DNA of 64,000 bases from the sequence record LR756502.1; one strand, 5' to 3'. Of this stretch, positions 1-7,721 are shown in pieces. The position numbers and the translations under genes are program-made. Every line of letters starts with the position of its first letter. Within the stretch, counting starts at the first letter, position 1. The notes below the pieces were generated by a model. It searched no databases and had not been told where the DNA came from. It was given only the letters and a program-made list of their open reading frames with translations.

Positions 1-63
1 AGGTTCTAGACTTCTGACCTAGCATTACAGACGTTCCCTCCATTTTATTTATATTTAAAGAAA

Positions 64-456
64 ATGACACAGAAAGAGAAAATAGAAAAAGACTACATTG
101 TTGCTTTCAAGGCAAAGAACACTGTAGCAAAAAACCTTTTATCAGTAGTAAAGGGAGAAATTCAAAATACAGAAAAGAATGTTGGACAAACATCACTTTC
201 AGATGAGGATGTAAATAAAATATTATCAAAGATATCTAAAAGTCTGAAAGAAACTAATGATGAAGAGTCTAAACAGCAATTAATAATTGTGGATGGATAT
301 CTTCCTACTCAAATGTCTAAAGAGGAAATTACAAAGAAAGTATCCGAAATTGTAAATTCTGGCATCACTAATATTGGTGGCATAATGAAGGAGTTTGCAT
401 CATTGCCAGCCGACAAGAAGATGGTGTCTGAGGCTATTAAAGAAATTGTAAAATAA
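64..456 (+). CDS. GatB/YqeY domain protein (stand-alone tRNA-binding)
   Basis: A.K.K...NLLSVVKGEIQN.EK, LSDEDV.KIL.K..K, YLPTQMS.EEI...V and MKEF pattern typical of YqeY. Confidence 0.8.
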   Translation: MTQKEKIEKDYIVAFKAKNTVAKNLLSVVKGEIQNTEKNVGQTSLSDEDVNKILSKISKSLKETNDEESKQQLIIVDGYLPTQMSKEEITKKVSEIVNSGITNIGGIMKEFASLPADKKMVSEAIKEIVK

Positions 457-470
457 AAAAGAAAAATAGA

Positions 471-689
471 ATGGAAAAAAAACCACTTAAGAATTTTGGA
501 ATGATTACCGAAAAGGATTTCCTTGGTAAGACACTAGAAGAAGCAACTGAAAAAGCAGTTAATGACGGATACTCAACAAGAGTAACGGAGAGAGATGGTG
601 ATTCATTTATATTAACAATGGATATTAGAGTGGATAGAATGAATTTCAGAATTAATAAAAATATAGTAATCGGTGTTTATGTTGGTTAA
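471..689 (+). CDS. Small protein resembling peptidase inhibitor I78 family
   Basis: C-terminal LTMDIRVDRMNFRI...GVYVG resembles the TMDYRPDRLN motif. Confidence 0.5.
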   Translation: MEKKPLKNFGMITEKDFLGKTLEEATEKAVNDGYSTRVTERDGDSFILTMDIRVDRMNFRINKNIVIGVYVG

Positions 690-913
690 TAATAAGATAC
701 CAAATTTCTGGAAAATATATCAATCATTAATAGATGAGTGGGTAGCTGATAATAGAGAAATCACTTGTAATGAGGACTATGAAGTAGCTATTTTATATAC
801 ATTGGAAAGAGTATATGAAATGACAAAAAAAGGAGAAATTTAAAATAAATTTGGTGGAATTAAAACTTTACCATATATTTGTACTAATAATAAAAAAAGG
901 GACTTAAAAAGTT

Positions 914-922
914 TAATATATA
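914..922 (+). promoter_or_regulatory. Putative phage promoter TAATATATA (representative copy)
   Basis: Same 9-mer a short distance before starts at 3096, 11492, 17625, 27987, 29141, 46450, 53018, and on the minus strand before 10995, 15899, 24258, 40486. Confidence 0.7.
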
Positions 923-929
923 AGAAATA

Positions 930-1087
930 ATGAGAACAATTAACAAACATAAACATTTTAGTAAATTGAATAAGTGGTTTAGTAACCATCGATTCGAAGC
1001 TAAAGCGTTTTGCTAAATTGTTAATAAACATAAAGGCATAAACTTACTTGAACTCTCGAATTGAAAAATTCGAGAGTTTTTTATTTT
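930..1087 (+). promoter_or_regulatory. Attenuator 1: leader MRTINKHKHFSKLNKWFSNHRFEAKAFC (930-1016) + terminator (1051-1087)
   Basis: His x3, Phe x4, Trp, Lys x5; CGATTCGA (990-997) can pair with terminator arm TCGAATTG (1056-1063); followed by His/Phe/Trp/Lys tRNAs and trpS. Confidence 0.8.
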
Positions 1088-1096
1088 AAATTATAT

Positions 1097-1170
1097 GGTG
1101 GTTATCGTCCAAAGGAAGGATGTGTCCCTGTGAAGGACAAGATGTGGTATCGAGATCCATTAACCACCCA
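1097..1170 (+). tRNA. tRNA-His(GUG), encoded G-1
   Basis: GGTGGTTA/TAACCACC acceptor, TGTCC-CTGTGAA-GGACA. Confidence 0.85.
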
Positions 1171-1173
1171 AAA

Positions 1174-1246
1174 GGATCCTAAGCTAACTTGGTAGAAGCG
1201 TATGCCTGAAGAGCATGAGGATTTGGTTCGAAACCAAAAGGATCCA
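1174..1246 (+). tRNA. tRNA-Phe(GAA)
   Basis: GGATCCT/AGGATCC, TATGC-CTGAAGA-GCATG. Confidence 0.85.
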
Positions 1247-1256
1247 CAAAAAATAT

Positions 1257-1333
1257 GGTGATTGTAGCTCAATTGGTAGAGCGCTTGACTGTGAGTCAAG
1301 AGGTAGTGGGATCGAATCCCACCTTTCACCCCA
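1257..1333 (+). tRNA. tRNA-His(GUG)
   Basis: CTTGA-CTGTGAG-TCAAG, encoded CCA. Confidence 0.85.
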
Positions 1334-1335
1334 AT

Positions 1336-1407
1336 GGAGGATTAGCTGAGATGGTTTAGCGTCTGGTTGAAGACCAGAAGACCTCGGTTCGATTCCGGGA
1401 TTCTCCA
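1336..1407 (+). tRNA. tRNA-Phe(GAA)
   Basis: TCTGG-TTGAAGA-CCAGA, GGAGGAT/ATTCTCC. Confidence 0.85.
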
Positions 1408-1416
1408 CAAAAATAT

Positions 1417-1497
1417 ACACTCGCTCATTGGCGTGACCAGTCGGTTCCCCGATAAAGCGTAAGCGTGGTTAAGAGTTCGAATCTCTTCGGGTGTTCA
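1417..1497 (+). ncRNA. tRNA-like RNA with no assignable anticodon
   Basis: ACACTCG/CGGGTGT acceptor and AAGAG-TTCGAAT-CTCTT T-arm, but middle arm GTCGG-TTCC-CCGAT has a 4-nt loop. Confidence 0.55.
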
Positions 1498-1500
1498 AAT

Positions 1501-1571
1501 ACGTGATACTGGCAAGGTGTCGGTCAGGTCTCCAAAACCTCGATGGGTGGGTTCAATTCCTACATCACGTG
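1501..1571 (+). tRNA. tRNA-Trp(CCA)
   Basis: ACGTGAT/ATCACGT, AGGT-CTCCAAA-ACCT. Confidence 0.85.
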
Positions 1572-1589
1572 CTAAAAGAAAGAAAAGAA

Positions 1590-1647
1590 ATGAAAACAAA
1601 ACGAAAATATAAAAGATAACTGCTCACTGGATTTTCCATGGGCAGTA
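1590..1647 (+). promoter_or_regulatory. Lys-rich mini-ORF MKTKRKYKR (1590-1619) + hairpin, directly before three tRNA-Lys
   Basis: AAA at codons 2,4,6,8; hairpin ACTGCTCA..TGGA-TTT-TCCA..TGGGCAGT, no U-tract. Confidence 0.45.
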
Positions 1648-1660
1648 TAATATAACACAA

Positions 1661-1746
1661 GTGTCCGTGAGTGAATGGTTGAAACTACCAGTCTTTTAAA
1701 CTGGCTACCGAAAGGTACAATGTGGGTTCGAATCCCACCGGGCACA
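1661..1746 (+). tRNA. tRNA with Lys(UUU) anticodon and long variable arm
   Basis: CCAGT-CTTTTAA-ACTGG; V-arm TACC-GAAA-GGTA; A73. Confidence 0.85.
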
Positions 1747-1758
1747 CAAACATACAAT

Positions 1759-1847
1759 GTTTCTGTCGCTCAGCGGTCGAGAGCATCGGTCTTTTAAACC
1801 GAAGGATTTATATCCCATCGTGAGTTCAAATCTCACCAGGAACACCA
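1759..1847 (+). tRNA. tRNA with Lys(UUU) anticodon and long variable arm
   Basis: TCGGT-CTTTTAA-ACCGA; V-arm GGAT-TTAT-ATCC; encoded CCA. Confidence 0.85.
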
Positions 1848-1848
1848 A

Positions 1849-1929
1849 GGATCTGTCGCTTAGCGGCTATAGCAACTGGCTCTTAACCAGTCGAGAAATC
1901 AACCGTGGGTTCGAGTCCCACCAGATCCA
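1849..1929 (+). tRNA. tRNA-Lys(CUU) with 13-nt variable region
   Basis: ACTGG-CTCTTAA-CCAGT; variable CGAGAAATCAACC. Confidence 0.85.
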
Positions 1930-1933
1930 CAAA

Positions 1934-2260
1934 ATGATACTATACAGACCAGTAAACGGAAAGGAATTGGATTTGATAATCGAAAGTGGATATACAAAAT
2001 TCCCACCAAGATTACCAGAGCAACCAATCTTTTATCCAGTATTAAATAAAGAATATGCAATACAAATAACTAAGGAGTGGAACATTCCAGCCTATGGAGT
2101 TGGATATGTAACTGAATTTGATGTAGATGATACTTATATCAGTCAGTTTACAACTAAAAATGTAGGTGGTGAAATTCATAATGAACTATGGATACCATCT
2201 GAAAGATTGGAGGAGTTTAATAATAAAATTATAGGAAAAATTAGAATTATACAGATATGA
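1934..2260 (+). CDS. Conserved protein of the LYRPV..FPPRLPEQPIFYPV family (often labelled ADP-ribosylation/crystallin J1)
   Basis: True start is ATG 1934, after the tRNAs; motif recognised from memory. Confidence 0.55.
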   Translation: MILYRPVNGKELDLIIESGYTKFPPRLPEQPIFYPVLNKEYAIQITKEWNIPAYGVGYVTEFDVDDTYISQFTTKNVGGEIHNELWIPSERLEEFNNKIIGKIRIIQI

Positions 2261-2976
2261 AATATCTCATAGGGATCCAGCCAACTGGAAGAATACATAT
2301 TGGTAACTATTTAGGTTGCTTAAAGAAAGGACTCGATTTACAGAATCAAGGACATGAAGTTACATTTTTAATTGCTAACTACCATTCACTAACAACTGAT
2401 AGTTATACTGATGAAACTGAAAAGGAATTAGTTAGACTTGGATGTAAGAACATTAAAAGACAGACTCCTGAATATACTGAGTTGTTTTTCAAACTATGTT
2501 GCAAGATAAATTTAGCAACATTACAGAAGATGCCTCAATTCAAGGATAAGAAAGGGACAGTTGATTTTGATATGGGTATTTTATTATATCCTGTTCTAAT
2601 GACAGCTGATATTATGATGAATGATCCAGATGTTGTTATAGTTGGTAAAGACCAAGTTCCACATTTAGATTTATGTAATGATATTTCTAAAAGAGTTGGT
2701 GGTAAAGAATATAAGTATGAATTTGGTGATGTTGATAAGATAATGTCACTTAGTGATCCTACTAAGAAAATGTCTAAATCATTAGGTGAGAAACATGTTC
2801 TTTATCTATTTGATGAGGATTATAAAAAGAAAATTAGAAGTGCCAATGCGAATGAAGAGGGTTTAGAAAATCTTAAGAAACTTGGAAGAAGTCTCGGAGT
2901 CGATATTGATAAGTGTGTATTGAATGTTGAGTTGAAAGATGCAATTGCTCAGAAGATGGAAGAAATTTTCATTTAG
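2257..2976 (+). CDS. trpS: Tryptophanyl-tRNA synthetase, shortened (239 aa)
   Basis: GIQPTG..HIGNY, YPVLMTADI, VGKDQ.PHL, KMSKS. Confidence 0.9.
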   Translation: MKYLIGIQPTGRIHIGNYLGCLKKGLDLQNQGHEVTFLIANYHSLTTDSYTDETEKELVRLGCKNIKRQTPEYTELFFKLCCKINLATLQKMPQFKDKKGTVDFDMGILLYPVLMTADIMMNDPDVVIVGKDQVPHLDLCNDISKRVGGKEYKYEFGDVDKIMSLSDPTKKMSKSLGEKHVLYLFDEDYKKKIRSANANEEGLENLKKLGRSLGVDIDKCVLNVELKDAIAQKMEEIFI

Positions 2977-3108
2977 AAACCTATTTATGATGGTAGAATA
3001 GAAGAGCATGAATTATCTGAGTGTTGGAAGAAAAAGAATGGTAGATGGAATTTTGAATGCAAGTACTAAAAATCAGAAAAAACAGATTTTAGACTTAATA
3101 TATAAGTT

Positions 3109-3369
3109 ATGAAAAACGTATTTAATTTTGCAGACTTTGTTAACGAGGAACTAAAAAAACTCCCAACTACTTATAACTTCAAGAGTGAATCTGAAGATAA
3201 AAAACATGATAAACTAGCTTCTAAAAAGAAGGAAGGTCATATCTGGAAAAAGACTGTTAGTAAACACGGTAAAGAATCTAAGACTGAGAATTTTTCTTGT
3301 GAGTGTGGATATAAGAAGAAGGTTGAAAATGATGAGAATAAGAATGTTACAATTACTTATTCAAAATAA
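3109..3369 (+). CDS. Hypothetical protein with N-terminal tag variant (MKNVFNFADFVNEE)
   Basis: ORF behind TAATATATA. Confidence 0.6.
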   Translation: MKNVFNFADFVNEELKKLPTTYNFKSESEDKKHDKLASKKKEGHIWKKTVSKHGKESKTENFSCECGYKKKVENDENKNVTITYSK

Positions 3370-3393
3370 TTAGGATAAAATAAAAACAATTAG

Positions 3394-3401
3394 TATATTT
3401 G
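3394..3401 (+). promoter_or_regulatory. Bacteroidota sigma-A -7 element TAnnTTTG (representative copy)
   Basis: Also at 5603, 16798, 20897, 36526, 49897, 54202, 58860, 61975 and others, often with TTTG about 20 nt upstream. Confidence 0.8.
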
Positions 3402-3419
3402 TAATATAAATAAGAAGAA

Positions 3420-3555
3420 ATGAAAACAACTATTAAAAATACAAGTTCACGTAGTCGCTCGAGTAAATCGGGTGAGGTTCGACTGTATTCATAATAGTTA
3501 GTATAAACATATTGTGTAAACCCTCGAACTTAACCGTTTGAGGGTTTTTTGTTTT
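3420..3555 (+). promoter_or_regulatory. Attenuator 2: leader MKTTIKNTSSRSRSSKSGEVRLYS (3420-3494) + terminator (3518-3555)
   Basis: Ser x7, Arg x3; GGTTCGA (3476-3482) pairs with TCGAACT (3524-3530); followed by Arg/Ser tRNAs. Confidence 0.8.
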
Positions 3556-3560
3556 AAAAT

Positions 3561-3632
3561 GGCTTCATCGTCCAATGGATAGGACACTCCGCTACGAACG
3601 GAGAAATTTGGGTTCGAGTCCCTATGAGACTA
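3561..3632 (+). tRNA. tRNA-Arg(ACG)
   Basis: CTCCG-CTACGAA-CGGAG. Confidence 0.85.
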
Positions 3633-3708
3633 CAAATGAATATCACAGGAGAGTGTATTAAGTTGCAACCCGCGTAAATTGTGAAGGACAATCTGTGATA
3701 TTCAAATT

Positions 3709-3792
3709 GGAAGAGTAATTAAGCTGGCGCTTGACCTAGTCTTGAAAACTAGCGGTACCTACGGGTATGGGGATCGATACCTCACTCTTCCA
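3709..3792 (+). tRNA. tRNA-Ser(UGA)
   Basis: CTAGT-CTTGAAA-ACTAG, V-arm. Confidence 0.85.
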
Positions 3793-3797
3793 CAAAT

Positions 3798-3884
3798 GGA
3801 AGGTTGGCAGAGTCCGGCTTATTGCACCAGTCTTGAAAACTGGAGGTCCTTCGGGATCCGTGAGTTCGAATCTCACATCTTCCT
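3798..3884 (+). tRNA. tRNA-Ser(UGA)
   Basis: CCAGT-CTTGAAA-ACTGG, V-arm. Confidence 0.9.
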
Positions 3885-3889
3885 CTAAT

Positions 3890-3975
3890 GGAGATCAATC
3901 TACTCTGGTGAGTAGCGGCGTTTGCTAAACGTTCGGCACGTTCAATCGTGTGGGGTTCAATTCCTCTGGTCTCCT
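3890..3975 (+). tRNA. tRNA-Ser(GCU)
   Basis: GGCGT-TTGCTAA-ACGTT, V-arm. Confidence 0.85.
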
Positions 3976-4030
3976 CAATCATTAGTGGGGAAAGGACATC
4001 TTTAAGGGGTGAGGTGGGTTCCCTTAAATT

Positions 4031-4115
4031 GGAAGATAAGCTAATCGGGTGATTAGCCACGCTTGGAAAGCGTTGGGTACGTTCAATCGTATGGGCTTCG
4101 ATGCTCTATCTTCCT
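4031..4115 (+). tRNA. tRNA-Ser(GGA)
   Basis: ACGC-TTGGAAA-GCGT, V-arm. Confidence 0.85.
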
Positions 4116-4120
4116 CATAA

Positions 4121-4192
4121 GGATCCATCGTATAATGGATATTACTACCGTCTTCGAAACGGTAAATCGCAGTCCGACTCTGCGTGGGTCCT
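4121..4192 (+). tRNA. tRNA-Arg(UCG)
   Basis: ACCGT-CTTCGAA-ACGGT. Confidence 0.85.
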
Positions 4193-4225
4193 CTTTTAAA
4201 TTATTTTTAGTATATTTGTATTTAA

Positions 4226-4528
4226 ATGGAAAATATTGTAATAGGCATATGTCCTATTTGTGAAAGAGAAATGTGGAAAGATAAGTTTGTCAATAGACAT
4301 CACTTTCTTCCAAAATCGAAAGGTGGGAGAGAAACAGAGTGGCTTCATAAAATTTGTCATAGGAAAATTCATTCTATTTTTACAAACACAGAGTTAGCAA
4401 AAGAGTATAATAACCCGGAGGTTGTAAGGGCTCATCCAGAGATTGATAGATTTATTAAATGGATATCTAAAAAGGATCCAGATTTCTATGATGGAAATAC
4501 AACACATAATAAAAAAGGAAGACTATGA
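4226..4528 (+). CDS. HNH endonuclease family protein
   Basis: CPIC..NRHHFLPKSKGG..LHKICHRKIH. Confidence 0.8.
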   Translation: MENIVIGICPICEREMWKDKFVNRHHFLPKSKGGRETEWLHKICHRKIHSIFTNTELAKEYNNPEVVRAHPEIDRFIKWISKKDPDFYDGNTTHNKKGRL

Positions 4529-4854
4529 TAGTTATACTAAAAATGAAAATTACATGGAATGGATGGTCACAGCCATATTTAGCATCAGAGTCATATGCTG
4601 TTGATGCTACTGAAGTTGTTTGGATATATGAGAATTTGGATGAGGCGAGTAAGGGAAATTTAGAGTTTATGAATAGATTATCAAAAGGACCAATGGAACA
4701 AAGAGGATATAAGAAAATGAGAAGGGGTAAAAACACTGAGCAATATGCTATTGACTTATCATTTAATGGTGTAAAGGACAACATCTATTTGATAATTGAG
4801 GAAAAAATTAGACCAATGGTTAGAGAAAATAGATTAAATAACATTTTAAAATAA
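4525..4854 (+). CDS. Hypothetical protein with C-terminal tag (VRENRLNNILK)
   Basis: ORF track; shared C-terminal motif. Confidence 0.6.
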   Translation: MIVILKMKITWNGWSQPYLASESYAVDATEVVWIYENLDEASKGNLEFMNRLSKGPMEQRGYKKMRRGKNTEQYAIDLSFNGVKDNIYLIIEEKIRPMVRENRLNNILK

Positions 4855-5259
4855 TAAAGACATGGAATCAATTTATGCAAGATATAGAACAGGTAACCAA
4901 TCATTTTCAATGACATTGGAGTTGATACAAGAATTAATATCAGCAAGAAGTTGTAGAAAAGTTTGGGTACAAGGGTGTAACTCAGGTAGATCTACACTAG
5001 TTTTCACTATATTTGGTGAGGGTCTATATACTTGGCCTTTACCAGACTATAGAATAGAGACTGTATCATTTGGTAGTTTTAGACAATATAGACCAATACC
5101 TGTAAGTGATAGACCAGAAGACACTGCTCTATATGAGACGGAGATTAGACTAATTGAAGAACTGATTGCGAGACTAGGCACAGGTCCACTAAGTGGAGTT
5201 ATTTCCTAATTTGGAAATTATCCTTATATTTGTTTTATACTAAAAAATAATTACTTACT

Positions 5260-5595
5260 ATGAGTATTAAAAAATTTGAAAATTTTGAAGATGAATTTGA
5301 TGGAGAAGGAGTTGATAAAAGTGAGATTACTATGAAGGTTGCTGATACATCTACTTCACAAGAAGAATGGCAACAATATATGGCTCAGGATGGAGTTACA
5401 CTTCTTGTCTCAGCTTGGTATACAAATGCACAATATATGGTTGATTCTGAATTGTCTTTTATTTATCCAGAGTTGGAAGAAATAGAAGGATTGTATGACC
5501 TACAAGAAGGGTGTATGGAATATTCAGGACCCTTAACTGCCCAACAAATGGTTGATGAATTAATTAGATTAGGATTTAATGCGGTAATTGAATAA
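5260..5595 (+). CDS. Acidic hypothetical protein with N-terminal tag (MSIKKFENFE)
   Basis: ORF track; shared N-terminal motif. Confidence 0.6.
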   Translation: MSIKKFENFEDEFDGEGVDKSEITMKVADTSTSQEEWQQYMAQDGVTLLVSAWYTNAQYMVDSELSFIYPELEEIEGLYDLQEGCMEYSGPLTAQQMVDELIRLGFNAVIE

Positions 5596-5657
5596 TTATC
5601 CGTATATTTGTAAAACAGAAATTAAACTATTTAATAATATAATATATAATAATCGAA

Positions 5658-5765
5658 ATGAAAACTTTGCACACATATAAAAACGTGATTGACTGGATGT
5701 AAATATCCCGGCTACATAATTATATGTATTCCCAGTCAATAAAAATTGACTGGGATTTTTATTTT
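5658..5765 (+). promoter_or_regulatory. Attenuator 3: leader MKTLHTYKNVIDWM (5658-5702) + terminator (5729-5765)
   Basis: ATTGACTGG (5688-5696) is the exact complement of terminator arm CCAGTCAAT (5732-5740); operon contains RNA ligases and HisRS core. Confidence 0.65.
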
Positions 5766-5789
5766 AAAAAAATATAAAAATGTAAAGTT

Positions 5790-5987
5790 ATGAAAACTAA
5801 AGATATAGCTTGGTATGACCAGAAGTTGGAGAGTATCAAGAAAAGAAAAAGAAAGGTCTACCTTATTGATGATTCTAAAACTAGAAAGAGAATTAAGGCA
5901 GATCTTAAAAGAGAACAGCGTGGTGCTAAGCGAAGCGTTCGTAACTCTCTAAAAGAGTGGATTAAAAAAGAAATTAATACAGATTAA
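5790..5987 (+). CDS. Small very basic hypothetical protein
   Basis: Lys/Arg-rich 65 aa ORF. Confidence 0.6.
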   Translation: MKTKDIAWYDQKLESIKKRKRKVYLIDDSKTRKRIKADLKREQRGAKRSVRNSLKEWIKKEINTD

Positions 5988-5988
5988 G

Positions 5989-6186
5989 ATGGCAACACAT
6001 ACAAATACACTAACCTCACATCATGGTGAGAGTAGAACATCTAGAGCAGATAAAATGTCTGGTTGGATATCAGAATATAAAAGAATATTTGGTAAATCGG
6101 GAACATCGATGAAAACTGCCAAGACAATAAGTAATAGGAAAAGAAGAATGTTCTTAAAGAACAAAAAAAATTGGACAAAATTATGA
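5989..6186 (+). CDS. Small basic hypothetical protein
   Basis: 65 aa ORF, overlaps next gene. Confidence 0.55.
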   Translation: MATHTNTLTSHHGESRTSRADKMSGWISEYKRIFGKSGTSMKTAKTISNRKRRMFLKNKKNWTKL

Positions 6187-6836
6187 AATCATACCCGAGT
6201 ATAGACTATTTTGATAAAGGACTGTTTGGTGATACTGTTTGGGTATTCGACAAATTGGATGGATCAAATCTTAGAATGGAGTGGAACCGTAAGAGAGGGT
6301 GGTATAAATTTGGAACAAAGTCTGTAATGATTGATGTTAGTAATCCAGATTTTGGAGAAGCTATTCCTATATTTATGGAGAAATATTCCGATGATTTAGA
6401 GAGAGTATTTAAGAAAGAATATTCCAATGTTGAAAGCATTGTTGTTTTCTGTGAGTTTGTTGGAGACAACTCATTCGCTGGTCAGCATCTTGCTTCAGAT
6501 AAGAAGGATGTAGTTCTTTTTGATGTTAATCTTTATAAGAAAGGATTTATACATCCAAAAGATTTCCTCGATAACTTCGGACATCTCCATATACCCAAGT
6601 TGGTATATAAAGGAGAATATAATGACGACCTTATCAAAGATGTTAGAGATAATATCTGGGGTCTAAAAGAAGGTGTAATATGTAAAGGAGTTAGAAAAAC
6701 AAAAGGTGACCACATAGTCTGGATGACTAAGATTAAAACCATCGAATGGTTAAATAAAGTAAAAGAAAAATATGGAGAGAAGGCTCTCCTTGAAGAATTA
6801 AACAATAATAAAAAACTATTAAATTATGGAAATTAA
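6171..6836 (+). CDS. RNA ligase-like nucleotidyltransferase (Rnl2-type core)
   Basis: Motif I KLDGSN, CEFVG, LFDV, EGVICK, KIK. Confidence 0.75.
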   Translation: MDKIMKSYPSIDYFDKGLFGDTVWVFDKLDGSNLRMEWNRKRGWYKFGTKSVMIDVSNPDFGEAIPIFMEKYSDDLERVFKKEYSNVESIVVFCEFVGDNSFAGQHLASDKKDVVLFDVNLYKKGFIHPKDFLDNFGHLHIPKLVYKGEYNDDLIKDVRDNIWGLKEGVICKGVRKTKGDHIVWMTKIKTIEWLNKVKEKYGEKALLEELNNNKKLLNYGN

Positions 6837-7458
6837 ATTAGAATCAACGTATAAAGGAACTCGAATATTATTCGCTGAATCAGCTAAAAGAAAAAGAGAT
6901 ATATTAAATAAGATGATTGAAGTTCTTGAGTCCTATGGGTATCAGGAAATTATGATTCCTATTATTCAAAAACAAGAAACATTCCAATCAAAGGTGGGTG
7001 CTGAAAATCAAAACATGATGTTTAACTTCAAAGATAGAGGTGATCGTGATTTATGTTTATCCCCAGAGTATACCGCAATCGTTCAACAACTTGCTAAAGA
7101 GAAATTCAAATTCACAAACAATGTGAAGATGTTTTATATCGGTGAGTGTTTTAGAGGAGAAAATACACAAGCTGGAAGATGGAGACAATTTACTCAGTTT
7201 GGTGTTGAGATTATAAACCCAACAAAGGACTATTCTGATGAGATGGTTGAAATTGCTGGAAAACTAATTGAGTTAGTTACAAAAAATTATGAGACAAACC
7301 TAGATGCAACTCGTGGACTTGACTACTATAAAGGTGGTAAAGGATTTGAAATAGCTTGTCCAGAATTAGGTTCATCAAAGCAAGTTTGTGGCGGTGGTAC
7401 TTATGAAGGTGGTTTGGGATTCGCAGTGGGTGTTGATAGACTACTATTATGCAAATAA
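6826..7458 (+). CDS. hisS: Histidyl-tRNA synthetase catalytic core only (210 aa)
   Basis: LSPEYTA, motif 2 FRGENTQAGRWRQFTQFGVE, GLDYY, motif 3 GFAVGVDRL; no anticodon-binding domain. Confidence 0.8.
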   Translation: MEIKLESTYKGTRILFAESAKRKRDILNKMIEVLESYGYQEIMIPIIQKQETFQSKVGAENQNMMFNFKDRGDRDLCLSPEYTAIVQQLAKEKFKFTNNVKMFYIGECFRGENTQAGRWRQFTQFGVEIINPTKDYSDEMVEIAGKLIELVTKNYETNLDATRGLDYYKGGKGFEIACPELGSSKQVCGGGTYEGGLGFAVGVDRLLLCK

Positions 7459-7721
7459 GAGAAATAAAAATATCACTCCAGCAAAAGGACGGATATCTCT
7501 ACTTCAGAACTGGATCAGATCCAGTTGAAGTTGAAGTGAAGATAGAATTTGGCACTGCTAAAAATCTGAGGGATTTTTTACATAGTGGTGAAAAACTATG
7601 CAGTGTAGATAAAAATCTTGTGAAGATAATAAAAATTAATAAAATGAGACATACCTCTGTTGAGGCAACAATACAAAAAATTACTCTAAGAGAGTATAAT
7701 TTAGAAAGGTTACTATTATGA
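7449..7721 (+). CDS. Hypothetical protein with C-terminal tag (LREYNLERLLL)
   Basis: ORF track. Confidence 0.55.
   Translation: MQIREIKISLQQKDGYLYFRTGSDPVEVEVKIEFGTAKNLRDFLHSGEKLCSVDKNLVKIIKINKMRHTSVEATIQKITLREYNLERLLL

Noticed and set aside
1102-1757. ORF-track entries overlapping tRNA arrays (also 3782-4263, 16797-17644, 30480-30803, 31745-31969, 50209-51143, 61892-62519)
   Set aside because: They are translations of tRNA or ncRNA sequence or their antisense, with no coding signature.
1661-1929. Selenocysteine/pyrrolysine or allo-tRNA class for the V-arm tRNAs
   Set aside because: Acceptor and T stems are canonical 7/5 and the anticodons are sense Lys codons.
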